Source of the DNA: Chloroflexota bacterium
Lineage (GTDB): Bacteria; Chloroflexota; Limnocylindria; Limnocylindrales; CSP1-4
Assembly (NCBI GenBank): GCA_021783095.1
Contig: JAJXUG010000001.1
Span: 119,570 to 183,569, forward strand
DNA: 64,000 bases
Direction: 5' to 3'
Below the pieces are notes generated by a model. That model made no database searches. It was given only the letters and a program-made list of their open reading frames with translations, and was not told where the DNA came from. The translations under genes and the position numbers were made by a program. Positions within the stretch are counted from its first letter, which is position 1. Each line of letters opens with the position of its first letter. Positions 28,805 to 38,473 of the stretch are shown piece by piece.

Positions 28805-28995
28805 TAGCGTCCCAGCATCGCCAGTCGGCGCGACTTGCGTCCCGTCGCCTCGGCGGCGACCCGTGACAAACGGACCTTGGTTTCGATAAGCGGCTCGGAT
28901 CGTCCCCCGGCGCCTTGCCGGAGCCCCGCCGCCTCATCTCGCGCGCGCCCTACGTCGCCGTCGATCGGTGTCCACACCCAAGGAGCAAGCTCCAC

Positions 28996-31524
28996 ATGGC
29001 CACGTTCCCGTCCAGCGCCAAGGTCGTGATCATCGGCGCCGGCATCGTCGGCAACAGCATCGCCTACCACTTGGCGAAGCTGGGCTGGACGGACATCGTC
29101 CAGATCGACAAGGGCCCGCTCCCGAACCCCGGCGGCTCCACCGGCCACGCGTCGAACTTCATCTACCTGGCCGATCACAACAAGGAGATGGCGGAGCTCA
29201 CGCTCGAGTCCGCTCGCCAGTACCGCGAGTGGGACGTCTACACGACGTGCGGCGGCCTCGAGGTCGCCCGGTCGGAGACTCGTCTCGAGGAGCTCCGGCG
29301 CAAGGTGGACTCGGCGAAGAACTGGGGCATCAACGCCTACATGGTGACCCCGGCCGAGATCAAGGAGATGGTCCCGTTCATCAACGAGGAGATCCTCGTC
29401 GGCGGGTTCTTCACGCCCGAGACGGGCGTCTGCGACTCGCTCCAGTTCGGCACCCTCTGCCGCGAGAAGGCCGAGGCGATGGGCGCGCTCCAGAGCTTCG
29501 CCAACACCGAGGTCACCGCGATGGGGGTCGAGGACGGCCGCATCAGGAGCGTGACCACCACCCGCGGCACCATCGAGGCCGAGTACGTCATCATCGCGTG
29601 CGGCGTCTGGGCGCCGCTCCTCGCCGAGATGGCCGGCGCACATATCCCGCTGACCCCGGTCGTCCACCAGATGGCCGACTACGGTCCCGTGCCGCTGTTC
29701 GAGAAGTCGTCCAAGGCGATCGAGTACCCGATCGTCCGCGACATGGACGTGCTCATGTACGAGCGCCAGGACGGCATCGGCTTCGAGGTCGGCTCGTACG
29801 CCCACCGATCGATCCTCCACGACCCGGAGGAGATCCCCTCGATCGAAGAGGCGAAGCTCTCGCCCACCGAGATGCCGTTCACGCAGGAGGACTTCGACCC
29901 CCAGCTCGAGGATGCGCTCGAGCTGTTCCCCGAGATCCTCGGCGACGAGAAGGTGGGCCAGAAGTACGCGATCAACGGCCTCATCTCGCTGACCCCCGAC
30001 GGCATGCCCGTCCTGGGCGAGACGCCCGAGGTCAAGGGCCTCTGGTCCGCCTGCGCCGTGTGGGTCAAGGAGGGCCCGGCAGTCGGCAAGTCGATCGCGG
30101 AGTGGATGACCCACGGCCAGCCCGAGATCGACTGCAACCAGAGCGACATCGCCCGCTTCCATGCGCACCAGAAGACGCGTCAGCACACCAAGGCGCGCGC
30201 CGACGAGGCGTTCCCGAAGACCTACGGCATCGTCCACCCGTCCGAGCAGTACCTCTCGGACCGGCCTGTCCGCAAGACGCCGATGTACGAGTGGCAGAAG
30301 GCGCACGGCGCCGAGTTCTTCGAGGTCGCCGGCTGGGAGCGCGCGCAGTGGTACGGCTCCAACGCGCCGCTGGTCGAGAAGTACGGCATCCAGGCCCGCC
30401 CCAACGAGTGGGACGCTCGCTGGTGGTCGCCCATCATCAACGCCGAGCACCTCGCGATGCGCGAGTCGGCGGGCCTCTTCGACCTCTCGTCGTTCGTGAT
30501 CTTCGACGTCGTCGGCGCGGGTGCGCTGGACACGGTCCAGAAGGTGTGCGTCCGGCAGATGGACGTGGCCGTGGGCCGCGTGGTCTACACGCCGGTCCTC
30601 TCGGTCACGGGCGGCTTCAAGTCCGACCTCACGGTGATGCGCCTCGCCAAGGACCACTTCCGGGTGGTCACCGGCGCCGCCCACGGCATGGCCGACATGA
30701 AGTGGTTCGCCGACAACGCGGCGGACCACACCTCGGTCATCGACCTCACCACGGCGTACACGACCATCGGCCTGTGGGGCCCGAACGCCCGCAAGATCAT
30801 CCAGAAGCTGACCCGCGCGGACATGTCCAACGCGGCCTTCAAGTTCGGCACCTGCAAGACCATCGAGGTCGGCAGCCAGCTTGCCCTCGCCTCGCGCATC
30901 AGCTACGTCGGCGACCTGGGCTGGGAGCTCTACGTCCCGATGGAGCAGGGCCAGCGACTCTGGGACGAGCTCTGGGAGGCCGGGCAGGAGTTCGGCATCA
31001 CCGCCTGCGGGATCGCGGTCTACGTGGGCACGGGCCGCCTCGAGAAGGGCTTCCGCGCCTACGGCACCGAGCTCGACAACGACTACAACCCGGTCGAGGC
31101 GGACATGCTGACGCCCCGGCTCAAGGCCCAGGACTTCATCGGTCGCGCGGCCCTGGAGCAGGCCCTGGGCGAGGAGCGGGCCGCCGTCTGCTGCACGCTC
31201 ACCGTGGACGACCACACGTCGTCGCGGACCGGCGAGAAGCGCTACCCGCTGGGCCGCCAGCCGATCGTGACCCCCGACGGCGCGCCGATCACGGACAGCA
31301 AGGGCCGCCAGTCCTACGCCAACTCGGCGGGCATGGGCCCGTCCCTCGGCAAGTACCTCATCCTGAGCTACCTGCCGCCCGAGCACGCGGTCGAGGGCAC
31401 CAAGCTCGCCGTCCAGTACTTCGGCGACCTCTACCCGGTCACCGTGGCCCGCGTCGGCTCCAAGCCGCTGTTCGACCCCGAGAACGATCGCGTCCGCGGC
31501 ATCGAGCCCGCGGCGGCGGGCTGA
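28996..31524 (+). CDS. Dimethylglycine oxidase/dehydrogenase family protein (FAD-dependent oxidoreductase fused to a GcvT-like tetrahydrofolate-binding domain), paralogue 1
   Basis: N-terminal FAD fingerprint VVIIGAGIVGNSIAYHLAKLG...GGSTGHAS and a C-terminal aminomethyltransferase (GcvT) fold, 842 aa. AAGGAG is 11 nt upstream of ATG 28996. Confidence 0.9.
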   Translation: MATFPSSAKVVIIGAGIVGNSIAYHLAKLGWTDIVQIDKGPLPNPGGSTGHASNFIYLADHNKEMAELTLESARQYREWDVYTTCGGLEVARSETRLEELRRKVDSAKNWGINAYMVTPAEIKEMVPFINEEILVGGFFTPETGVCDSLQFGTLCREKAEAMGALQSFANTEVTAMGVEDGRIRSVTTTRGTIEAEYVIIACGVWAPLLAEMAGAHIPLTPVVHQMADYGPVPLFEKSSKAIEYPIVRDMDVLMYERQDGIGFEVGSYAHRSILHDPEEIPSIEEAKLSPTEMPFTQEDFDPQLEDALELFPEILGDEKVGQKYAINGLISLTPDGMPVLGETPEVKGLWSACAVWVKEGPAVGKSIAEWMTHGQPEIDCNQSDIARFHAHQKTRQHTKARADEAFPKTYGIVHPSEQYLSDRPVRKTPMYEWQKAHGAEFFEVAGWERAQWYGSNAPLVEKYGIQARPNEWDARWWSPIINAEHLAMRESAGLFDLSSFVIFDVVGAGALDTVQKVCVRQMDVAVGRVVYTPVLSVTGGFKSDLTVMRLAKDHFRVVTGAAHGMADMKWFADNAADHTSVIDLTTAYTTIGLWGPNARKIIQKLTRADMSNAAFKFGTCKTIEVGSQLALASRISYVGDLGWELYVPMEQGQRLWDELWEAGQEFGITACGIAVYVGTGRLEKGFRAYGTELDNDYNPVEADMLTPRLKAQDFIGRAALEQALGEERAAVCCTLTVDDHTSSRTGEKRYPLGRQPIVTPDGAPITDSKGRQSYANSAGMGPSLGKYLILSYLPPEHAVEGTKLAVQYFGDLYPVTVARVGSKPLFDPENDRVRGIEPAAAG

Positions 31525-31526
31525 GC

Positions 31527-32291
31527 ATGCGCGTTCTCGTCTGCGTCAAGCGCGTCCCGGCCGTCGCCGGGCGCCTCACCCTCACCGAGGACGAGCGCGC
31601 CCTCGACACCAAGTACGTGGGGTTCCAGGTGGGGCCCCACGAGGAGTGCGCGGTCGAGGAGGCCGTCCGGCTGGTCGAGGCGCACGGCGGTGAGGCCGTC
31701 GTGCTCACCCTGGGTCCGGCCGAGGCCGTCGAGCAGCTGCGCGAGGCCATGGCCATCGGCGCTGCGCGCGCGATCCACCTCGTCACCGACGGCGGCGACT
31801 GGGACGCCGAGTCCACGGCGGGCGCCATCGTCGACGCGATCGGCGAGGATGAGGCCGCGAACGGCCCGTTCGACCTCGTCCTGGTGGGCAACGAGGCCGC
31901 CGACTCCGGCGGCTACCAGGTGGGCGCCCGCATCGGGCGCGCGCTCGGCCGGCCCGTCGTGACCGGGATCAAGGCGCTGTCCGTCGCCGATGGCACCGCC
32001 CGGTGCGAGCAGGAGTCCGGCGGCGGGCGCGACGTCTACGAGGTCCGGACGCCGGCCGTGGTCGCGGTGCTCGAGGGAATCAACCTCCCGCGCTACCCGT
32101 CCGTTCCCGGGCGCATCCGCGCCAAGTCGAAGCCCGTCGCTTCATCCTCGCCCGCCCGCCCGGCGCAGCGCCTCGAGCTGCGGCGCCTGGTCGTGCCGGT
32201 CACGGAGGCCAAGCAGGCGCAGGTGCTGGGCAAGGGCGCCGCGGCGGCGCCGGCCGTGGTCGAGCTCCTGGCCAGCGTGGGGGTGCTCTAG
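31527..32291 (+). CDS. etfB: Electron transfer flavoprotein beta subunit
   Basis: MRVLVCVKRVP...L.DE......N....ALE.A..L family pattern. ATG is 2 nt after the upstream stop. Confidence 0.9.
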   Translation: MRVLVCVKRVPAVAGRLTLTEDERALDTKYVGFQVGPHEECAVEEAVRLVEAHGGEAVVLTLGPAEAVEQLREAMAIGAARAIHLVTDGGDWDAESTAGAIVDAIGEDEAANGPFDLVLVGNEAADSGGYQVGARIGRALGRPVVTGIKALSVADGTARCEQESGGGRDVYEVRTPAVVAVLEGINLPRYPSVPGRIRAKSKPVASSSPARPAQRLELRRLVVPVTEAKQAQVLGKGAAAAPAVVELLASVGVL

Positions 32292-32293
32292 CC

Positions 32294-33256
32294 ATGGCCA
32301 CCGTCCTCGTCCTCATCACCACCGCAGACGGCGCGCCCGACAAGGTGGCGCTCCAGGCCCTCGCCCTGGGCTCCCAGCTCGCGGCGGGCGGGGCCGTCCA
32401 CGCCCTCGTCCTCGGTGACGACGCCGTCGCGGCCGGGCTCGGCGCGTGGGGGGCGACCAACGTCCACCTGGCCAGGCATCCGGCACTCGACGTGCCTGCG
32501 CCCGATGCTGCGGCGCGCATCCTCGACGACCTCGCCGGTTCTCTCGGCGCGCAGTTCGTGGTGGGCCCCGGCACCGAGGAGGGCAACACGATCCTCGCCC
32601 GCAGCGCCGCCCGCGCCGGCCTGCCGTTCGCCGCCAACTGCGTCTCCGTGACAGCCGGCTCGCCGGTCGCCGTCACGCGGAGCCGGTGGGGCGGCAGCCT
32701 CCTCGAGGAGGCGGTGATCAACGCCGACCGGGCCGTCCTCACGGTCGCCGCGCACGTCATCGAGGCCGTCGAGTCCGGCGGCTCCGCGTCCGTGACACCG
32801 TTCACGCCGCAGCTTGACGACGCGGACCTCGCCGTTCGGGTGGTCGGTCGCGTCCCGGCACCGGCCGGCGGCGTGTCGCTCACCGACGCCAAGGTGGTCG
32901 TGGCCGGCGGACGCGGTGCCGGTTCCGCCGAGGGGTTCGCCCCGATCGTGGAGCTCGCCTCGCTGCTCGGGGCGGCCGTCGGCTGCTCCCGCGCGGTGAC
33001 GATCGCCGGCTGGCGCCCGCACACCGAGCAGGTCGGGCAGACCGGCACCAAGATCGCCCCCGACCTGTACATCGCGGCCGGGATCTCAGGCGCCACGCAG
33101 CACCTCGCCGGGACCAAGGGCGCCAAGAGGATCCTCGCGATCAACAAAGACCCCGAGGCGCCGATCATGACGGCGGCCGACTACGCGGTGATCGGGGACC
33201 TGGCCGAGGTCCTGCCCGCGATCAGCGCCGAGATCCGGCGCAGGCGCGGCGCCTGA
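32294..33256 (+). CDS. etfA: Electron transfer flavoprotein alpha subunit
   Basis: C-terminal FAD-binding region VVAGGRGAGS...PDLYIAAGISGATQHLAGTKGAKRILAINKDPEAPI. ATG is 2 nt after the etfB stop. Confidence 0.9.
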   Translation: MATVLVLITTADGAPDKVALQALALGSQLAAGGAVHALVLGDDAVAAGLGAWGATNVHLARHPALDVPAPDAAARILDDLAGSLGAQFVVGPGTEEGNTILARSAARAGLPFAANCVSVTAGSPVAVTRSRWGGSLLEEAVINADRAVLTVAAHVIEAVESGGSASVTPFTPQLDDADLAVRVVGRVPAPAGGVSLTDAKVVVAGGRGAGSAEGFAPIVELASLLGAAVGCSRAVTIAGWRPHTEQVGQTGTKIAPDLYIAAGISGATQHLAGTKGAKRILAINKDPEAPIMTAADYAVIGDLAEVLPAISAEIRRRRGA

Positions 33257-33451
33257 GCGTGTCTGCCGCCATGCCGTCCACCCGGCAACAGCGCCAGCGG
33301 GAGCGTCCCGCCGGGACGGCGCCGAGCCCGACGGTCATGGCAGTCCACACCCCTCACGCCACGAGGAGGGGCACGGCCAAGTAAGGAGGTTCGCCGCCCG
33401 CTCGGTCATCGACGACCTGCGACAAGAGTCGACATTGGAGGAGATGCGATC

Positions 33452-34798
33452 GTGATCCGTTCTGGGACGAAGTACCGGATCGCCAGTCTGGCCGCTGCGA
33501 CGGTGCTCTTGGTGAGCGCCTGCGGCGGGTCCAGTGGCTCGAGCCCCGCCGCCACCACCGCGGCGAGCACCGCGCCGAGCTCCGGCGCCAGCCAGGCGGC
33601 CGGGAGTAGCTCGGGCACAGCCGCCACCCAGACCATCAACATCGGAATCGACGGGCCGTTCACCGGCCCCTCAGCGCTCACGGGCACTGAGATGAAGAAT
33701 GCCGCCCAGATGGCCTTCGACGCCATCAACTGGCAGGTCGGCAACTACAAGATCAACCCGATCTACGTGGACGATCAGGCCGATCCGGCCAAGGGCACCG
33801 CCGCGCTCGAGCAGGCGATCGTGGGCCAGAAGCTGGTCGCCGGAATCCTGGACTGGAACAGCTCGGTCGCCGCGGCCGACATGGAGCTCACGGCCAAGTA
33901 CAAGGTCCCCTGGTTCTTCGGGATGGGGGCCGCCGGCGTCGTGAACCAGAAGTTCCTCTCGGACAAGGCCAAGTACGGCTACTGGACCTCCAAGGGCTGG
34001 CCGGACCCGGTCAAGCTGACGGCCGCGTACGTCGGCGCCATCAACGACGCCATCGCGGCGGGCACGTACACCCCCGCGTCCAAGACCGTGGCCATCTACG
34101 GCGAGGACACCGACTGGGGCCGCTCCTTTGGCAAGGGCCTCAAGGACGGCTTCACCGCCAGCGGCTGGACCATCGCGAGCGAGGACTACTTCGCCACCAC
34201 GCAGACCGACTTCTCGGCGCTGATGTCGCGCTACAAGAGCGCCAACGTGCCGGTGATCGCGGGCACGAGCACGGCCGCGGCCTCCATCACCGCCTTCATC
34301 AAGGCTGAGGATGATGCGGGCATCAAGGCCCTGACGGTCGCCGACGGCCTCGGCTGGTTCGGTGACTGGTACAAGATGACCGGCTCGTCCTCGGACTACG
34401 TCCTCGACTCCGTGCCGGGCTTCGCCACCGACAAGGCAAAGAAGTTCCAAGCCGACTACAAGGCCAAGTACGGCTCCGACCCGAGTGCCGCGGCCGCCGG
34501 CCTCTCGTACGACTGGACCAACTTCTTCATCAAGGTCCTGAACTCGACCATCACCGACCAGGGCTCCATCACCAGTGACACGCTGATGAAGGAGGCCCAG
34601 GACAAGCTTTGGACCGGCCAGCTGACCTACACCGACGGGATCATCATGTCGAGCTACGACTTCAACGCAGACTCGATCCCGGACCCCGTCGTGGGCAAGG
34701 GCCACTACATCTTCCCGGTCACCCAGTACCACACCGGCCAGCAGACCGTGATCTGGCCGGCTGACCAGGCCTCGGGCAAGCTCGAGACCAAGCCCTGA
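33452..34798 (+). CDS. ABC transporter substrate-binding lipoprotein, LivJ/Peripla_BP_6 (HAAT) family
   Basis: GTG start with GGAGGAG 8 nt upstream. Lipobox LLVSAC and a Ser/Ala/Thr-rich linker. Type-I periplasmic binding fold pattern (IGIDGPFTG...). Confidence 0.85.
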   Translation: MIRSGTKYRIASLAAATVLLVSACGGSSGSSPAATTAASTAPSSGASQAAGSSSGTAATQTINIGIDGPFTGPSALTGTEMKNAAQMAFDAINWQVGNYKINPIYVDDQADPAKGTAALEQAIVGQKLVAGILDWNSSVAAADMELTAKYKVPWFFGMGAAGVVNQKFLSDKAKYGYWTSKGWPDPVKLTAAYVGAINDAIAAGTYTPASKTVAIYGEDTDWGRSFGKGLKDGFTASGWTIASEDYFATTQTDFSALMSRYKSANVPVIAGTSTAAASITAFIKAEDDAGIKALTVADGLGWFGDWYKMTGSSSDYVLDSVPGFATDKAKKFQADYKAKYGSDPSAAAAGLSYDWTNFFIKVLNSTITDQGSITSDTLMKEAQDKLWTGQLTYTDGIIMSSYDFNADSIPDPVVGKGHYIFPVTQYHTGQQTVIWPADQASGKLETKP

Positions 34799-34864
34799 CG
34801 CCATCCGAGCAACAAGTGGGGGCCGGCATCGCGCCGGCCCCCACTGCACCTAGAGCGAGGCCCC

Positions 34865-35593
34865 ATGGCGCTCCTTGAGCTCGACGGCGTCACCAAGCGG
34901 TTCGGTGGCCTGACAGCCGTCAACAACGTCACGTTCAGCGTCGAAGAGGGCGAGATCTTCGGGCTGATCGGCCCGAACGGCGCCGGCAAGTCCACGCTGC
35001 TCAACTGCCTGGCCGGCGCGCTTCGCCCGAACGCGGGAACCGTCCGCTTCAACGGCAAGAACACGACTGGCCTTCCGGCCGACAAGATGTGCCGCCTGGG
35101 CATCGGCCGCACGTTCCAGATCCCGCGGCCCTTCCCGCGTTTGTCCGTCCTCGAGAACGTCATCGTGGCGGCGTCGTTCGGCGATCCCAGCGCCGAGCAC
35201 GGCATGGCCGCCGACCGGGCGCTCAAGATGCTCCAGTACGTGGACTTCCCGCGCCCCGTGAGCACCGTCGCCGGGCACCTCAACGCGGTCCAGCTCAAGC
35301 GGCTCGACCTCGCCCGTGCCCTGGCCAGCCGCCCCAAGCTGCTGTTCCTCGACGAATTCGCATCGGGCCTCACGCCATCAGAGCTGACGACCATCGCCGC
35401 CCTGCTGCGCAAGATCCGCGATGACGGGGTGACGATCGTGATGGTCGAGCACGTCATGCGCCTGATCCTCGACCTGTGCGAGAACCTCGCGGTCCTCCAG
35501 TACGGCGAGCTCATCGCGCACGGCAACGCCGCGACGGTGGCCCAGGACGAGAAGGTCCGCGAGGCCTATCTCGGCGCCCAATTCATCCTCTGA
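34865..35593 (+). CDS. ABC transporter ATP-binding protein (LivG-like)
   Basis: Walker A GPNGAGKST, Q-loop, signature region and Walker B LLFLDEFASGL. Confidence 0.9.
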   Translation: MALLELDGVTKRFGGLTAVNNVTFSVEEGEIFGLIGPNGAGKSTLLNCLAGALRPNAGTVRFNGKNTTGLPADKMCRLGIGRTFQIPRPFPRLSVLENVIVAASFGDPSAEHGMAADRALKMLQYVDFPRPVSTVAGHLNAVQLKRLDLARALASRPKLLFLDEFASGLTPSELTTIAALLRKIRDDGVTIVMVEHVMRLILDLCENLAVLQYGELIAHGNAATVAQDEKVREAYLGAQFIL

Positions 35594-35621
35594 GCGGCCA
35601 GGGAGGCTCCAGGGAGACATC

Positions 35622-36326
35622 GTGCTCAAACTGACCGCTGTCGAAGCCGGCTACGACCTCCTGCAGGTCCTGTGGGGCGTGGACCTCCACGTCGAGGAGG
35701 GCGAGTTCGTCGCCATCCTGGGACCCAACGGTGCCGGCAAGACCACCACCCTGCGCTCGATCGCGGGCTTCGTGCCGCCGATCCACGGCTCGGTCACGTT
35801 CCGGGGCAAGGAGCTGCGCGGCACCCTCCCGCATCAGGTCAGCCGGATCGGCATCGGCTACGTGTCCGAGAGCCTGAACCTGTTCCCCTCGATGTCGGTC
35901 TACGAGAACCTGCTCGTGGGCGCCTACACGGTCAAGGACAAGAGCGCTGTCGCCGCCACGATGGACACGGTCTTCGAGCTCTTCCCGCGACTGCTCGAGC
36001 GCAAGGACCAGCTGGCGGGCACCCTCTCGGGCGGCGAGCGCAAGATGCTCGCGATCGGCCGCGGCCTGATGCCCAGGCCTTCGCTGCTGCTCGTGGACGA
36101 GCCGAGCCTGGGCCTGGCCCCGATCCCCACGCTCGCGACGTTCGAGGCGCTCAAGACGCTGCGCGAGCGGGGCATGACGATCCTGCTGGTGGAGCAGAAC
36201 GTGAACACGACGCTCCGGATCGTGGACCGCGCATACGTCCTCGAGCAGGGCCGCGTCGTCCTCGAGGGGACCGGCGATGAGCTGCTCGGCAACACCCATG
36301 TCCAGGAAGCGTACCTGGGGATCTGA
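35622..36326 (+). CDS. ABC transporter ATP-binding protein (LivF-like)
   Basis: Walker A GPNGAGKTT, signature LSGGERKMLAIGRGL and Walker B LLLVDEPSLGL. Confidence 0.9.
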   Translation: MLKLTAVEAGYDLLQVLWGVDLHVEEGEFVAILGPNGAGKTTTLRSIAGFVPPIHGSVTFRGKELRGTLPHQVSRIGIGYVSESLNLFPSMSVYENLLVGAYTVKDKSAVAATMDTVFELFPRLLERKDQLAGTLSGGERKMLAIGRGLMPRPSLLLVDEPSLGLAPIPTLATFEALKTLRERGMTILLVEQNVNTTLRIVDRAYVLEQGRVVLEGTGDELLGNTHVQEAYLGI

Positions 36327-36335
36327 GGCAGACCG

Positions 36336-37391
36336 ATGACGACGACCCCCGCCGCTGCCCCGACCAACCTGCGTCGGGTCCCGCTGGCCAAGCGCTTCCT
36401 GACCTTCACCTGGCTCACCGTCGGCCTCGCCATCGCGATCCTGGTGTTCTACACCTTCGTCCAGCCGTCGATCGTGGTCGACACGCTCGTCACGGGCGGC
36501 ATGTGGGCGCTGCTGGCCGCGGGCCTCGCGCTCGTGTTCGGCGTCATGAACATCCCCAACTTCGCCCACGGCGAGTTCTTCATGATCGGCTCGCTGACCG
36601 CGTTCTTCGTCTTCTCGCCCCTCCAGGACGCGATGTTCAACGACCCTGCCGGGACCGGCCTGCTCAAGATCGTCGCCCCCTTCCCGGGCATGATCGCCGC
36701 CCTGATCGTGGGGTTCGCTGTCGGCGCCGTGCTCGAGGTGATCCTGTTCCGGCCCCTGCGCAAGCGGAGCCGGGACCAGTGGGTGATGAACACCTTCCTG
36801 CTGACAGCGGGCGTCTCGGTGGTGCTGATCAACGGCGATCGCCTGATCTTCGGCAACGACTTCCGGGGCGCCACGCGCTACTGGGACGTCCGCCCGATCA
36901 GCATCCTCGGCACCTCGGTCTCGGTCGACCGGATCGCGGTGTTCGTGATCGCGATGGTCACGATCCTGCTGTTCTCGGCGTTCCTGCTGCGCACCCGGAC
37001 CGGGCGGGCGATGCGGGCTGTGGCCCAAGACGAGGCGGGCGCCCAGATGGCGGGCATCAGCCTCAACCGGATCTTCGTGCTGACGATGGGCCTCTCGTGC
37101 GCCCTGGCGGCGCTCGCGGGCGCCTCGCTGCTCTGGCTCTACCCCTCCTACCCAGACGTCGGCCTGCAGCCGCTGTACCTCGCCTGGTACGTGGTCATCC
37201 TCGCCGGTTTGGGGAATGTCCAAGGCGCCATCGTCGGGGCGTTCATCGTGTCCCTGATCCAGACGCTGACCGTGACCTACGTCGGCCTCGACTGGATCGA
37301 CGTCGTGCCCACCCTGTTCATCATCCTGATCCTGCTGTTCAAGCCGTCGGGCCTGTTCGGCAGCGAAGTGAAAGGCGTCTGGGAGCAGTAG
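36336..37391 (+). CDS. Branched-chain amino acid-type ABC permease (LivH-like)
   Basis: 8-10 TM helices with the HAAT permease pattern (FAHGEFFMIGS...). Confidence 0.85.
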   Translation: MTTTPAAAPTNLRRVPLAKRFLTFTWLTVGLAIAILVFYTFVQPSIVVDTLVTGGMWALLAAGLALVFGVMNIPNFAHGEFFMIGSLTAFFVFSPLQDAMFNDPAGTGLLKIVAPFPGMIAALIVGFAVGAVLEVILFRPLRKRSRDQWVMNTFLLTAGVSVVLINGDRLIFGNDFRGATRYWDVRPISILGTSVSVDRIAVFVIAMVTILLFSAFLLRTRTGRAMRAVAQDEAGAQMAGISLNRIFVLTMGLSCALAALAGASLLWLYPSYPDVGLQPLYLAWYVVILAGLGNVQGAIVGAFIVSLIQTLTVTYVGLDWIDVVPTLFIILILLFKPSGLFGSEVKGVWEQ

Positions 37392-38422
37392 TGGCCACCG
37401 TGATCGAAGAGACCACCCCCTCCCGCGTCGAGGCGAAGTCGGCCGCCCGGCGCCGGATGACCTTCGCCGCCGTCCTGATCGCGATCGCGGTCGCACTGCC
37501 GCTGATCCCGCCGTTCAACGGCCAGGACTACCAGCGGCTGCTGGTGACGGGCGCGCTCATGGCGGCGTACGCGGTGGCGTTCGACTTCACCGCCGGCTAC
37601 ATCGACATCGTCAACTTCGGCTTCGCGGCGTTCGTGGGGATCGGCGCCTACACGTCGGGGCTGCTCGCCGTGGACCTGGGCATCTCGCCCTGGATCGGCA
37701 TGGTGTGCGGCGCGCTCGTCTCGGGCTTCGTCGGCCTGCTCACCGGCATGCTGACCCTGCGCCTCCGGGGCATCTACGCGGCGGTCATGGCGTGGTTCGT
37801 GGGCCTGGCGCTCATGGGCGTGGTCCGGAACCTGCCGGACATCACCCGTGGCTCGCTTGGCCTGAGCGTTCCGCTGCTCCTCAACACCTCGGACAACCTG
37901 CCCTACTACTACCTGGTCCTCGGGATCCTTCTCCTCACCCTGGTCGTGCTGATGGCGGTCATCCGCTCCCGAATCGGCCTCGCCTTCCGGGCCATCGGCC
38001 AGAACCTGGCGGCGGCCAAGGCGTCCGGGATCAACCCCACCCGCTTCCTGGTCATCAACTTCACCCTGTCGTGCGCGTTCGCCGGCCTGCTCGGCGGGTT
38101 CTACGCGCACTACTACGGGATCCTCACGCCCGACCTCCTCGCGACCAGCCACACGGTTGAGGTCCTCGCCGTCGCCTACATCGGCGGGCGCGGCACGCTG
38201 TGGGGTCCAGCCGTGATCGCCTTCCCCCTGATGGTGGTCACGGGCCTGCTGCAGGCCCAGCTCGCCAGCCTCCCCGGCCTGGAGCTGGTCCTCTACGGCC
38301 TGCTCCTGATCCTGGTCATGGTCTTCCGGCCCACCGGCTTTGCCGGCCTGGTGACATCAGCCGCCAATCGAATCTGGAGGCCGCGGACAGACGCGGCTGA
38401 GACGGCGGCCCCGACGGCCTGA
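37391..38422 (+). CDS. Branched-chain amino acid-type ABC permease (LivM-like)
   Basis: GTG at 37391 overlaps the upstream TAG by 1 nt; an alternative ATG is at 37456. Polytopic membrane protein (DIVNFGFAAFVGIGAY...). Confidence 0.8.
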   Translation: MATVIEETTPSRVEAKSAARRRMTFAAVLIAIAVALPLIPPFNGQDYQRLLVTGALMAAYAVAFDFTAGYIDIVNFGFAAFVGIGAYTSGLLAVDLGISPWIGMVCGALVSGFVGLLTGMLTLRLRGIYAAVMAWFVGLALMGVVRNLPDITRGSLGLSVPLLLNTSDNLPYYYLVLGILLLTLVVLMAVIRSRIGLAFRAIGQNLAAAKASGINPTRFLVINFTLSCAFAGLLGGFYAHYYGILTPDLLATSHTVEVLAVAYIGGRGTLWGPAVIAFPLMVVTGLLQAQLASLPGLELVLYGLLLILVMVFRPTGFAGLVTSAANRIWRPRTDAAETAAPTA

Positions 38423-38473
38423 CCACCGGGCCGAGCCGGCCAGCAGGCCGGTGTGAACGGAGGGCACCGCGCC

